Source: Phoronis australis (lineage: Eukaryota; Animalia; Phoronida). From it: 64,000 nt of DNA. The stretch is from NCBI GenBank assembly GCA_002633005.1, contig NMRA01000115.1, positions 370,104 through 434,103 on the forward strand. The letters run 5' to 3'. Shown here one piece after another: positions 49,255-62,686 of this stretch; positions within the stretch are counted from its first letter, which is position 1; the number at the start of each line of letters is the position of its first letter. The position numbers were made by a program, and so were the translations under genes. The notes under the pieces were generated by a model that was given only the letters and a program-made list of their open reading frames with translations, did no database searches and was not told the origin of the DNA.

Positions 49255-50695
49255 CACGGCCGCTTCGGGGTCTGTAAAGGTTCATCTGCTCATTAAACCA
49301 CGGCCTCTTCGGGATCTCTAAACGGTTATGATTTCATGCGCCCAGGAAACCACAGCTGCTTCGGTGTCTATAAAATGTCATGGTTTTATCCACCCATGAA
49401 ACCATGACTGCTTCTCGGTGTGTAAAAGAACATGGTTTCATCTCCCCAAGAAACCACGGCTGCTTCTGGGGTCTGAAAAGGGCCATGCTTTCATCAGCGT
49501 ATGAAAGCACGGCCTCCATGAACCAACGACCGCTCTGGCATCTGTATAGGGTTGTGATGTCATTCGACCATGAAACCATGACCGCTTGGAGGTTTGCAAA
49601 CGGTCGAAGTTTCATCCGCCCAGGAACCCACAGCGGTTTTGGGGTCATGGTTTAATCCTCCAGCGAAACCACGCCACCTTCTGAATCTGTGAATTGTAGT
49701 AGTTTTATCCACCTATGAAACTATGAATTTCTCGGGGTCTGTAAAGAGTCATGGTTTTATCCGCCCATGAAGCTACTACCGCTTCCGAATCTCTAAAATG
49801 TCATGAGTTCATCCGTCCATGAATCCACGGCCGCTTCGGTTTCTGCAGAGAGTCGTGGTTTCACCCGTCCACAAAACCACGGGTCGTGGTTTCTAAAAAG
49901 GCCATGGTTTCATCCGTTTTTGAAACCACGGCCTCTTCGGGTTCTGTTTAGTGTCATTGTTTCTTCCGTACATGAAACCATGACCGCTTCGGAGTCTCTG
50001 ATGGGTCATGGTTTCATCTGCCCATAAAACCACGGCCCCTTCGGGTTCTGCATGTAAAGTGTCCTTGTTTTATCGGCCCATCGAACCTAGGCCTTTTCGA
50101 GGTTTGCAGAAGGTTGTGGTTCTGTCTGTTTATGAATCTATGGCCACTACGGCATCTGTTTAAGTTTCCTTGTTTTATACGAACCATGAAACCACGGCCC
50201 CTTTACGTCACATTTCTGTAAAGTCGTGGTTTCATTCGCCAATGAACGGCCGATTCCGGGTCTGTAAATGGCCGTGGATTAGTTCCTCATGAAACTACTG
50301 TCGATTCCGGGTCTGTTAAGTGTCCTTGTTTACACGCGGCCGTTTCGGAGTCTATAAAGGGTCGTGGTTTCATCCACTCCCATGAAACTACGGACATTTT
50401 GGGATCTGTTAAGTGACGTAATATCAGCCGACCATGAAACTATGGACGGCCGATTCGGGGTCTGTAAAGGTTAGCGGTTTTATCCGCCCACGAAACTTCG
50501 GCCACTTCGGGGTCTGTAAATTGTCGTGGTTTTACCTGCCTATGGAACTACGGCCACTTCGGGCTTTGTAAAGGTTCGTGGTTTGATCTGGCCATGAAAC
50601 AAAAGCCGCTTCGGGTTCTGTAAAGTGTCTTTTTTCCTACCCATGAAACTGCAGCCGCTTTGGGGTCAGTAAAGTGTCATGGTTTCCTCGCGCCC
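49255..50695 (+). repeat. 52-bp satellite, array 2 (~28 diverged units)
   Basis: Same consensus and orientation as 43370-44784. Confidence 0.9.
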
Positions 50696-50701
50696 AGGAT
50701 C

Positions 50702-51055
50702 TTATTGGCCTGCCGAACTTTGTTGGCTACGCTGTGTCCAAATACCAATAAATCCGTAGCAGCGAAATAAAACAACACGTTTTTATAAAAACTTGCTGTA
50801 TTTTTAAGAGTTTTATGTGGAAGTTTGATGATTTATTGGTGTTAAACGATGAATTCAAGCGATAAGCTGACCCCAGTAACCCGTGTTGTGAATTGCTGAA
50901 CAGACTGCGTGTGAAACCAATTACGTCATTGGAATATTTCAACACCTCCGTCTGCCGTCAGGTGTCAGGTAACGCAACCATACGTGCCGTCATGGAGTAG
51001 AACCACTGAATCTAAATTGATACAAATTAGGTTGTTTTTTGGGTGACATGCTCCT
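50702..51055 (+). mobile_element. Kolobok-like family A, right-end fragment
   Basis: Matches 12136-12489. Ends gggtgacatgctcct + TTAA (51056-51059). Confidence 0.85.
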
Positions 51056-54000
51056 TTAATAAATTCAAAACTTAATTTTATGACGTTTTTGCAATTTACA
51101 GGGAACGCTGAGCAAGTTTTAAATTAGCGGTGACGAAGGAGATAAAGATTGATCCTGCGATGCATGTTAACCTGGGCCTACCTGTATCAAGCTTTAAATG
51201 AAGACTTAGTAGAGAGTAATTCGTTATGCCTGATTAAAAATAGTTCGTATTTTATTTAACTTGCAGATGGCCTCTTAATTTCGTTCTCAGATTTATTTCA
51301 ATCTGGTCCAATTTTAACATTCTGTTGTTTCTCAAAATTTATACTGCTTGAGCCCGAGTTATTAGGAATAGCCAGAGTTGAGAGAAATCTTAAAATTGTA
51401 AAAGTCTTAGAGAGTAAAAAGAAATGTATTGTTACAGTTGCTAAAGTTGCTTCAAGTCCCAGCGGTCTATATTCCATAGCTTGATTAATATTCAATTTTA
51501 TTGAAGTATTTGCGATTAATTGCTTGCTACTTCGATGTTTACTTAGGCACGAAACATTATATATTCGTTTTTTCATTTACATCCATGTCCTGTGCCCCAT
51601 CGTACAAAGTTTTTTTTGTATTTTACCAGATGTTTAGCTTGGTTTGCCTAATTCTTGTTATATCAAAATTATAGCAATTGATTGATTTGAAAGACTGAAA
51701 AATCATTCCCAATGAAACTGGATTCACTTAAGTATAATATATTCACATTCTTAACCATTATCTTTTATATATGTTAGATTATCAACAACCCGGGGTCTTC
51801 CAATGTAAAAACCCATTATAGAACCAGTTGAAGTTGAAGTCTCGTGATAGTTTTGTTGTTGCAAGTATTTCATGCTGTGTATGCTAGATTAGTCACGAAT
51901 AAGAGAGAAAATTTAAGAGAACATTTCACAAGTCATTATCAGTGCATGGTTTACGCTTCGAGGGCCCTGGCCAGGACATTGTTGTCAGGGTCTCCGTTTT
52001 TGTTGCATACATTTAGGTCGTCTAAACGCACTTGAAAACGTGCACTTTATAATTCATACATGTATTTCGAAAAATCGAGAATATTCGTAAAGCGAAGCTT
52101 TTGCGGAGCATATTAATTCACTGGATTTTTAAATTCAATAAGACAAATTTGCAAATGCAGAAATGAAATATTATATTTTCCAGAGGTTCTGCTGTAGCAA
52201 AGGATAACAAAGACAACTGTCGCTCTATTTTTCGTGTTTTTCTTTCTCTAAATTGTGTGATCAATTGAAAAAATTGATTGCCTGACAAATAACATAATGC
52301 TGCGCATTTCCTGACTTGAAAATATAAATCTTTTAATATTTAGGGACCCAGCTCTTGAAGAGGGCCATTGATTACATTCGAGTGGCCAAACTTTTAGTTT
52401 TTTAATTGGCAAATTCTTATGGGGGTGCTCACGAAGAGAGGACCCAATGTTGGAATCGATTATCTCTATTTTCCTGTTTTTCTTCAAATCATACAACCGG
52501 CTTTCATGTTTAGGAAAGTCACTTCTTGCAAGGTCAGCCGACAGTAGAATGAACTGTCACTCTTTTCCAAGCTTAATGATATGAAGCCTTTCATCTTAGG
52601 TGTCCCATTTCAGACGGGACACCCTCTCCGTGGAGCGGTTCGGTGTCCCTCTAGACATGTAAATCCGACACTGCCAGTTATTCAAGAGGGCACGTTGAGA
52701 TTCGAAATTCATGAAAAACACAGAACAACCATAAACAGTAGTGCAGTATCAAAACAATCGACCCAAACAACCAAAAATGTGAAAAATACAATACGATTGA
52801 CCACCATCAAACTGTTGGAATTTTGAAGAACGTGAAGATCACTATTTGTGAATTATACCAAAAGGCTACTTCAGATAAATAGTTATAAATAATGTTATAT
52901 TTTTCCGATAGTATCACAAGTTAGAATAGAATTTCTTTTGAAGGTCGTTATTATGATCTGTTTGTAATAAATTCACATATGTAGGAAAGACTGTGATGAC
53001 CGTGTACATGTCGAACGGATAATATTCGAAATAATAAACAAATACTTTAGAGGTTTTTTGGAGTTCAAGTTAAACTCGTGAACCGTTATAGGTACCTCGG
53101 AAATGAGCAAAAATACTCCTTAATGTGAATGACCCATCTACCACGTTCATGTCAAAAATTATCGATCATGTCTGCGGAAATTGCTTATAAAATTCCGCTT
53201 TGATGAACAAATTCGTTGGTTTGTGATTTACATGTACATGTTTATTTATCTGCGAAAATCGACAGGTTAATAGATGATTTTTCGCAATAAGAAGCTTATA
53301 TTTTAAGAAATGGTGTTGTTTTAGTGAATATGAGAAAAAATCTATAATCAGATCCCCAAATAGTAAAGTGCACATGGACGCTTCTTTCCTATCTAAAATA
53401 ACTCTCAAAGGCATTGATGAAATTCCCAAAAATTTAATCACAATTCAAATGACAATATGTGCATTGCTTTTTGACTTCGGTACAAGATTTGTCGTTTAAA
53501 ATCATTAACAGGGGATCTAAAAGGAATTAATTCATTAAATCAAGGTAAACGCATTGCTCATGGAATCGATCGTTGGTTTCTGAATTACGTTGTTATGTAT
53601 CAACGAAGATGGGCTGACTGACAGATGATTTTTTTACAATTAGAAGCTAATATTGTAAGAAATGACAATGCTTCAACGAACTTAGTTGCAAGCAGACATT
53701 GGGAAAATTCGACCTGTCATCAGATACCTAAATAGCAAAGTACACTAAACGATTTGATTTGTCTATCTGAAGTCTCACAGATATTGATGTATTGACTTTG
53801 GAAATAGATCAGTGGGTTTAATTTCACAAACCGTTGATCGAAAAGGAAGTTTACGTACATGAATAAATAATGATGTCTTTAGTTTTCCATGGTATTGCGC
53901 AATGAATTTTCTTCAAAACTAAATCGTTTGCTTCCCATCCCTGTGCATACTACACACACGGGGCACGTGATGACTGACGCACCCACGATGAAAATAAGGT

Positions 54001-54347
54001 GTATTCATGCAATGGATCTGCGCAGAATCTTAATGATCCACGGGAGCTAAATTTGAACTCCAGGCGTTGACGTGTGTACATTTTTGATACACACTTTATA
54101 TCATTTCCCCCAGCCACAAGAAACTGGACTACCGGCTGTGTTTCAACAAGGGATTTTGAAACGGACACTAATGCACTCACACCAGGGAACTCGAGACCTC
54201 ACCTTTCCAAAACGTTCCTACAAAATATAGCCATGATAAAACGTAGTTTTCCCGAAACTTGATCTTAACAAAGCGAATCTTGACCTTAGAGCCAGTGCAG
54301 AGGAATAGGCGCGAGCTAACCAGCGTGTATCAAGTGAACCATAACTG

Positions 54348-54748
54348 GGCCCGGTCTCCAATCTTTTTACTCGAAATGGAACTCGAAATTAGATTTGGCA
54401 TTTTCTACTCTACTTTTGGGCGAACTCAAGATAAGTTTCTATTATTCTATGCTAGAGTACACAATAACTTACGTAGATAATTTATTTCCCTTAGTTCACA
54501 GTTTGTAAACCCAATATTAAAGCAATAAGTTTGAGTTTGAACTCGAAATTTCGAGTTTTTACTCGAGTTTGTGGCACAAATATAAGGGTCTTCAAGGGCA
54601 AACTTGAACTAGAAACTCCTATGCATAATCTATAATGTATTCGAGCGCAGTCTGATAACCAATTATCTTAAGTTCGCACAAAAGGAGCAGAGAAATTGCC
54701 AAAAATAATATCGAGTTCGTTTCGAGTACAAAGATTAGAGACCGGGCC
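54348..54748. mobile_element. PIF/Harbinger-type MITE with CTG TSD
   Basis: ~38-bp TIR ggcccggtctccaatctttttactcgaaa... / ...tttcgagtacaaagattagagaccgggcc, with CTG at 54345-54347 and 54749-54751. Confidence 0.8.
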
Positions 54749-56224
54749 CTGAGCTGATCAGCGACTAGCTCTAGTGCATCGAATCCACTGTTGGATCTCA
54801 GCTACCCACCAGTGCGCTGGCCCAAGTTCCGTTCTTACTCTCCATGAAACTTTGTTGGTTCACGGTTACTCAAATTCTGATGGCTGCATATCGGGTATCA
54901 CCCCCAACCCACCTATGGCGGACGTGGGAGGTCGGTACAATTATGGTGACATCCAGAGAACGGGGAGCGGGGGGTTGCAATAGGAAGGAGGCAGGTTGGG
55001 GAAGTCGAATTGATTTGTGCCCTCCCCCCCTCTCCCCAATAAGTTTTGCCGTCCAACTGGCCTGAAGTGGTTTAGAGCTACTCGGTTCGCGCCATCCTTA
55101 ATACTGCTGAAAGCACTAATCAGGTCAATGAAGGCGCAGATGGCAAATTGTTTATAAAAACGCCCTTTCCAGTAGAGCCTGGTGTTATAAGCATCATGAT
55201 GGTTGTTCTGAAGTTTGTTCTGTATACCCTGTTTATCAAGATGCCACATAATTAACCTTTCCAGTCCTTTGAAAAGGAAGGATGTTAAGGTTGTAGGCCT
55301 AATGGATTCGACCAAAATGTAAGAGTTCATCCATGGTTAAGGAATGAAGACTCTCTAGGTTTCATTGCAAGTTTTGGAGATACAACCTAGTCTAAGACTG
55401 GCTTTGTAGGTCGCTGTAATTCCATAGAAGAATGGTATCCTAGCCTGTTGCAGCTTCATAGGATATGCGTGTATTTTGTCTAACTCCACAAGATGTGGTG
55501 AAGATATGTTTACCATCAGCTAATGTTTCACACTCCTCGGAGTCCGTCACTTCAGAACATTGACTCGACAGGTTTCACACTATTAGGATAGGGCTAACCC
55601 ATTACGACTTTGAGTGTTTCCTCAGCGCAGCGTTTGTCTGGGCCATTCTCTTTTTGAATGACCTTGAGTCTGGAGTAGTGGTTCTACTTAAGCAATTGCA
55701 CCAGCCTCAGATGCAGGTGCAGAGAGGCCTTTAGTTTGCTGACAGAAGTTCCTCCAGGATTTAAACATATTATAAAGCAAAATGATATGCATCCAAGCAC
55801 TCGTCAGTGTCAGTCCCATTTACCACACTGTGAGCTTTACGTGCCTTACTCTGAAATGCCGCCAGTTCTTTGGTCTACTAAATCTTGGTTTCCCAGTGAC
55901 CTTAATACGGCATTTGGGGCAGGAAATAACTAGTGACTTGATTAGGTCACCGTTAATGTCGTCTGCCAATTTTGTTAACATCAGAACGAGTTTTGAGGGT
56001 TATATTACTTCTAGGAAAAGAATGTGGAAATCTTTGAACGACAGAGTTCCCAGTTAATCTTATTCGTGTCCCTATACTCAGTAAATAGTGGGACAACGGA
56101 TGTCAATACTTCAAATCAGATGTATCTGTGGTCAGACATAGAAGTTGTAGAATCCAGTCTCCAATTTGTTACCACACCCACAGAAGGCAAATTAACCAGA
56201 GTAAGTTCTATAACCTCTAGCTAG

Positions 56225-56992
56225 TTTCTGACAACAAATGTGGATTTCACAATTCTGGCAAATTTTGGCGAAAAATTCGAAAGGTACTCATGATATACAT
56301 ATTTTTCTGACAACTTTGTTTTAAAAACTAAAAGGATTAGGAAAATGGGAAAATAGTTTTTGCTTTTGCAAAATCAATGACTGAATGGAAGTTTTCAAAC
56401 TTTTTTGTATTTCAAATGTTAGACTCAGATGGTTCCAAATGAGAATTGTACATAGAATTTTAGCAACAAATAACTGTTTGATACAAATTGATATTTCTCC
56501 AGCTGACCGATGTAGCTTTTGTAGGAATAAACCTGTAAGTTTAGGACATTTATTTTGGGGTTGCACATTTGTTAAGCCTTTTTGAAAAAGAATAGCTGAA
56601 ATATTTTATTCATGCAAAAACGCCGATATATCGATAGATTTTCAGACAGTTATATTTGGTAAAAGTGGAAAAGAGAATGAACTGTTGAATCTTATCGCTC
56701 GTTTGGCCAAAAAGCATATATTCTGTAGAAAGCTGAAAGTAAAGCCTTAGAGAGAATTATAAACTTACTTCACATTCGAAAAATATAATTATTGTAAAAA
56801 TGGATTAGGAGACATATTTCTCCGAAGATGGTCAGGGTGTTTTCCTCCTTAAAAGAACTACAAATGAGAAAAGTACATTTGATGTTTTTGGTCTGTAAAA
56901 TTGAGTTTTTGGTGAATTGTTTGCGTGTGTGTGTGATGTGTCATTGGGAATTTCTGTCTGTGTACCGTGTTATTATTATTATTGCAATAAAT
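56225..56992 (+). mobile_element. L1/Tx1-clade LINE 3' fragment (zf-RVT)
   Basis: LRWFQMRIVHRILATN...CSFCRNKPVSLGHLFWGC, ending with (tta)n and aataaa. Confidence 0.8.
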
Positions 56993-57037
56993 GTTTCATG
57001 ACCCTCGTTGCACATACAGTACAGCCACTGAACTTTT

Positions 57038-58401
57038 AGACTTCGTCTGAGCTACCTCACGCCTGGCCAGACCGGAGCGCAACCGGAACGCAGGCGTGAC
57101 AGAAATCAGTCACGGTCGCCTCACGCTTACTCTCTGGGTAGTCCTCATGTTTACCTCCGGTTTAGTTCACGCTTTCCTCAGGCTTTCTTCAGGCCTTCGT
57201 TACCTGTGGTAACCATGGTAGAGCACCGGGCTAATCAATAAAAATACATGTAACGTCTTGATTGCCTGTCGTTTCGGACAAGTTGCAAAGACATTATAGT
57301 ATATTATAGAGTATCTTTGCAAGCAGTCATCTATCACACTTGGGTTCCGACTAACTTTGTAATTCCACGTGTTGTTCATACAAACATCTTCCTTCAGCTC
57401 ATCTTGTGTTACGTTTACATGTACATTTTCTATTTACGACTTAAGAGCCAGTCCCATCAACGACATACATGTACAGTAACCACGGTTAGTAAATACGAAT
57501 ATACGCGACCCTGTGTCCAGAGTCGTCTTTACATGGCTGTGGAGTCCTTGAAACTTGTCACAGCTGGATATAGTTAATTTGCCCTAAAAATAGCCTAGTA
57601 CGCATCTTGTGAAGTATTGTGTCACTCCGTTAATTTTTGCACCGCACTGGCGTGCAGAAAATTTCACTAGGCCGCCATTCTGACATGTCCATCCCTTACT
57701 GCAAGCAAATGTTTTGACTAAAAAGTCCTCAATTCCTAGTGCAGTTTAAATATTTGTAGCCCCCTCCCCATAGTACATGCGTTTCGACTGAGTTCACAGT
57801 ATCCCCGAGGTACTTCTTCACTAAAATAATAATAGCAGTGATCTATTTGACTCTTCAAATGCATGGGCACGATCAGTTTTCTCCGCTTAAAGCCAGAACA
57901 TGAGATCAATGTGCTCAGAATTGACATGCTATGCTCCTTCACTACGGTGAAGGCAATTGAATATTTCCGCCATGTACACGCGTGTTAAGATTCTTTTTTA
58001 GTTTATATAAAAACAAATAATTATATATAAGTGAAAAGTAGAGTCCATAAGTCTGTTTCCTGAAGTGACTTAAGATTTGAGAAGGAAATTTTGGTCTTTT
58101 GCTGACCGTGACGATTTCAAAAAAATTAACCTCACATGAGCAAAAGTCTATGAGAATACACACATCACTGCTAGTTACTGATATAATTTTAATAAATTAC
58201 TTTTTCATCCGCGATGCAGGTAAACTCACGCCTGGCTCACGGCTGGCTCGCGCTTCGTTCACGCCTAACTCCCGGTAAGCTATGGGTACAGTCACGCTTA
58301 GGCTCACGTCAGCTGTCACGGTTGATTCACGTCTCACTCTCCAATCTGTCTCCGGTTACGGTCGCGGGTGGCTATACCGGAGAGACACCGGAGAGAGTCT
58401 A
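57038..58401. mobile_element. Possible non-autonomous DNA transposon with ctcacg-rich subterminal repeats
   Basis: tagact...agtcta ends. Clusters of ctcacgc/ccgg motifs at 57050-57210 and 58220-58400. Right end abuts the LINE endonuclease break. Confidence 0.4.
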
Positions 58402-58975
58402 ATAATTCAGTGGCTGTACTGTAGAAAAATGTGAGCTGACAATGAATTCCAGAAGCGACTCACCTCTTGTATTAGTATCAGGGCTGTGCCGCAACTCGTG
58501 ATGTGAATTGGCATCACACGACATAACAAACGGAATACTGTTGGCTGTGCCGTGATTGGTGATTTGTTGCAGTTTAGGTGGGGGTGGGTTCTCGATGGTG
58601 TCCCTTGGCATATAAGCCGAGATCCATCATACAGTGGGTATTAGACCATTTTATTTTAGTGCACCGCCACGGTGTCCATTTCACAAAACTCAGTAATGAT
58701 TATTGAGGTTATGTCCTTGGATACTGTAACCACAGCCCTGGGCTTGATGTTGTTACACAGTGAAACAGTATAAGATTTTTCATTCCTAATTGTGTTCATC
58801 ATCGCGCTTGCCGGACAGCACGGCTTTTGTACTCAGGCCATGAATAGGGTATTGCGCTCAAGGGTCTGTTGCAGAAGCACTGATAGGTTGTTGGACCGAT
58901 GCAGATTTATCTGCCAGATTTTAACCTCGTGATTCATGTTGTCACATTTTTTCCCGTGTGTGGGTGGGCGCAGGT

Positions 58976-59687
58976 TGTTACAGACCGGTGCTAATAGCTT
59001 TTGGTGCGAAGATTGACTGAAGACTGGTTCGAGTTAATCCTTTATTAATCCCGACGGTAAGTTCACAAGCCTACTCAAACAAAACGTCCGACGTACAGTA
59101 ATGTCTGTTTATGCTCCAGCCAGTGCTGCGAAGCCTTGACTTGTGATGAACTTCTGAGATACTTCCAGCAACTGTTACACTCGGTGATTCAATAACCTGC
59201 TGTCTATAGCTGTCTCTCTATTGACTATCGCTGTAACTGCTGATTCTCTTCACTGCAACTCAACTGCACATGTAGTTCTCCTGATTAACTTTCTTGAACT
59301 TACTTGATCTGACTTGATCTCCCGACTTGATCTTCCGACTCAATCTTGTGCTTGTGTATTTATAGCCTAATGCATTGTTCTGGAACTTTACATCAATTCA
59401 AGCACATTCTAGAACTTTCCTGAATCTACCCACTCATTCTACAAACACAAACTAGTCTCTAGAATATTCCAGACTGCATTAATCACTGTCATTCTAGAGT
59501 CTTCTAGAAAGTTCCACACTATACTGTAGTAAATAAATTACATCATCACTGTTCTGACCTCAGTCTTCTAGAAAGTTCCACACTATTTTGTAGTAAACAA
59601 ATTACATCGTCACTTTCATGCTAATCAAACAGAATAACAAAACAAAACAATACAACTAAAAATACTGTCAGACCATATTCTGGCACA
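58976..59687 (-). mobile_element. Probable solo LTR between LINE ORF1 and ORF2
   Basis: TG...CA ends (tgtgccaga...tgtaaca on the minus strand), TATA-like ctataaata (~59358-59366), aataaa (~59041-59046), internal tctagaaagttcca repeats. No TSD seen. Confidence 0.5.
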
Positions 59688-61617
59688 TGTCGTCATGTTA
59701 GAAGTATACCAGTGACTATATATCCAGACTCCACATCACTCGTGAGTGGGGAAGGAGCCAGAGAAGACTTGACAATAGATGGTACAGGTTCTGAAGCCTC
59801 AGCAACGTCCTCTACCTCTGTTGTTCCATCTCTCAAGTCTACTGACTTTTTGGCGGTCACGCAGTCATCTTCCAGGTCCGAGGTTGATATCCCATCCGAG
59901 GCCTAGGCAGAAGTTTTGCCCCTTACCACTTTTACTCTTAGGTCTGAAAAGCACACGCCCAGCAAAGCCGCACCAGTGACGAAAGTCCATTCCACGGAGA
60001 ACCTGCAAGCAGGCTCCTCGAAGGCTAAGATTATGATGAATATCTTGACGTTGGTTGGACGGCAGTCATCGACAACACATTTCATATCCAGGCAATCATT
60101 GCACTCCTTAAGGACCAGAACAAACTCATCCTCATTGGAGGCAACTTCCTCTGAGACATGACAGAAGGCCTTGAACACAAAAGGTAGGTCTCCTGTACCC
60201 ACTACGTGGTACCCTGACCTGTGAAAAACTGGAACATCAGCACTAAGTTCCTTACACCAAAGTTTCACCCAGTCAAGGGTAGCTGAGTCGTCACAGGCAA
60301 TCGCCAGTTTGCCCTTATCGAGTCTCACTGACTTAATATGAAGTGGGCCAAGAGGTCTCTGAGCCTTGACAAATGCCATCTCCAGACGGCAGTAGTGGCT
60401 CACCAGCCTTTACAGCCACAAAGACATAAGAACTTTTTGACCACAATAACATAAGTGATTTTAACCACTTTAGCCACTTTGACGGGTGATTTTGAGGATG
60501 TCCCAGGAGTCGAGCTGTCAGACTTCGGGTGCTTAACACCTTGCTGAACATCGATTTCTAAATTTCAAGCTTCTTCTGAGCCCTCTGACGAGCCCTCTTT
60601 TTCCTCCGCTTAGCAGTAGCAAACAGATTCTGGGAGTTGCCATCGGGCACTGAAATATTTTTGCCACCATTTGCTCTTCAAAGACTGTCCAGGTCAGGTT
60701 TGGGGTTCGCGTCAGTAGTCACCCTTATCGCTTTCGCGAGCTTAGCATTTTCACTGTCCACTCTCACAGAAGAGTCTAACGGTTTCCCAAAACAATTGTC
60801 CACGGTAGGGGGTGCTTCCACTTGCCTTATAGAAACTCCTAGAGGGGAGTCTTTGAGCCGGACGTCCGTGACCGCAAAGACCACATTCGACTTCCCTATG
60901 CACTAGTCACTTGAACCTTGACCAGGGTGGGTTATTTGTTTTCCCCATGGATACATATGACAACAATAGGTTATGATCCACGTCTGCATCCGCATTCACC
61001 CTATCCATAGGATGGCAATAAGGCTCATCCAAAGTCTTCCTTGCATTCTCAAACCTATAGGGTCTGACACTTACTGGTTTCAACAGCTCCCTACCCTGGT
61101 CCCTCCAAGCGAGCACATTACCTTTCTCCAACGATAGAGGCTCTGCTACAAATGGACTTTCCAAGTGCGGCATGTGTCCGAGTGCCAAAGCCTCGTTACC
61201 TCCCAGGGCTAACCGTGGGCTAAGGCATGTCCCCTAGTGTAGTAGACGCTACTGTGTACACAGCGGTTTGTCCAACATGTCTCGATACGCAAAGTTCTGT
61301 GTTTTCTACCACCAGACGCAACTGACCTTAGACTCAAGAACCAGGGTATTAAAGGCAAAGGCAACCTTTTTCCCTGTCATTTTGAGCTAAAATAAGGTTG
61401 GTTGGTTATTCTAGACATATTTTCCACTTAATTACAGCTTTTCGTAATTTTATTAACTACTCGTCCGCTACTCCGTAAGTGACGTTTTAGGAGGCAAGCA
61501 TTTCGCGCCAATTTCTTTCCATATAGTCTGACTGTGAGAGCTGTCGAGTCAGTCATTGTTCTACCTCGGTTGTGTTAAGTTCCGTCGTCGTTTGCTTTCA
61601 TTTACTAGTCAGTCAAC

Positions 61618-62395
61618 ATGCCACAATGTTGCTGCGTACCAGGATGTACTACTTATCTTCGCTTCACGCGCATTTTGGGAGTACCTTTGCATCGCTTTCC
61701 GATGGATGATACACTTCGCCGTACTTGGCTCGTTCGTGTGAAGAACGCAGCGTTACCTGTCCACGCAACGTACAAAACAGTGGAGAATTACCTTGTGTGT
61801 GGTAAGCACTTTCTGCCGTCCGATTACGAAAGAGATTTGTACGCTTAACTGATGAAGGTCCCTGCGAAACAACGTCTGAAGAAGGATGCCATTCCGTCTG
61901 TGTTGATTCCCGGCAGTGCCCCGTCGCCACCCCCGAGAAGTCCGTTTTTGAAGCGAGAAGCCTCGCGAGCTATGGCCAGTACAGTGACTGGAGCCAGTGG
62001 AGGCACTTCATCTACTGTCACCCGTGCCTCCGAATGTACCCCAGAGCGTGCAATTCCTGGAACCAGTAGTGATTCGCCCTGTGCTGTTTTCTCCAGCCCA
62101 GAGCCTTTATTGAGTAGTGGGAATGATTACAGGCTCAGTTCGACACCCAGTGAAGAGGACAGTTCGTCGTCCAGTGAACAGATCGGTGAGCCAAACTTTG
62201 ATAAGTTTATTGTGGACTTGTCTAAAGTGTTGGAGCTATTTAGAAGGTGCAAGGTGTGTGGCGAGGGAGTCACACGACACGATGTAAGCAGTTTGGGTGC
62301 TCAGGTTACCTTCCAGTGGGAGTGTGTCGCGGGACACTCTGGCAAGTGGGACAGTTGTTCCTCTGTCCGTGGTATGCCGGAGGTCCACTTAACCA
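61618..62395 (+). pseudogene. Transposase N-terminus: THAP domain + Cys/His Zn-binding region; one in-frame stop; catalytic core deleted
   Basis: MPQCCCVPGC...LHRFP...RRTW...VCGKHF...*...RLKKDAIPSV, then KFIVDLSKVLELFRRCKVC...WECVAGHSGKWDS. Confidence 0.85.
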
Positions 62396-62686
62396 AGTTC
62401 AGTAGTGGCTTGGCCTCGTCGAACTCTGAACAGCACAAGCATTCCATTTAGGTAGGCATAACAACGCACTCAGTGCATTTGCACCAAGATGTGTCACCAC
62501 GTCTGTCCTCAGTAGCCGCCTCGTTTCTCTCTGTGCCTGTGCGTACTCTGCCTCGTTATACTCGGGCTCAAACATGTACCCACCCACTGAATGTCCGTGA
62601 AAAGATTCCTCGTCACCACTGCTGTGAAGAAGGTCTTCGTCACTCACACTACTGTCACTGTGATACGGGTCACCGACTCCAGCCAT
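62395..62686 (-). pseudogene. Second, frameshifted copy of the P2X7-ballast-like Cys-rich ORF
   Basis: MAGVGDPYHSDSS...GYMFEPEYNEAEY. A small deletion shifts the WCKC..C...ECLCC motif out of frame. Confidence 0.7.

Larger units (their letters stand above)
55050..61330 (-). mobile_element. Decayed non-LTR retrotransposon, Loa/Lian (R1-group)-like, with nested insertions
   Basis: ORF1-like 59903-60640 (GKLAIACDDSATLDWVK). APE endonuclease at 58399-58935 (IWQINLHRS, CDANSHH...TNTRGESLLEFI). RT start at 55050-55735 (IRPTTLTSFLFKGLERLI, AFIDLISAF). Interrupted at ~55735-58398 and 58976-59687. Confidence 0.75.

Noticed and set aside
43370-50695. CRISPR-like array (palindromic repeats at regular spacing)
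   Set aside because: The intervening sequences are homologous to each other rather than unique spacers, there are no cas genes, and the context is eukaryotic.
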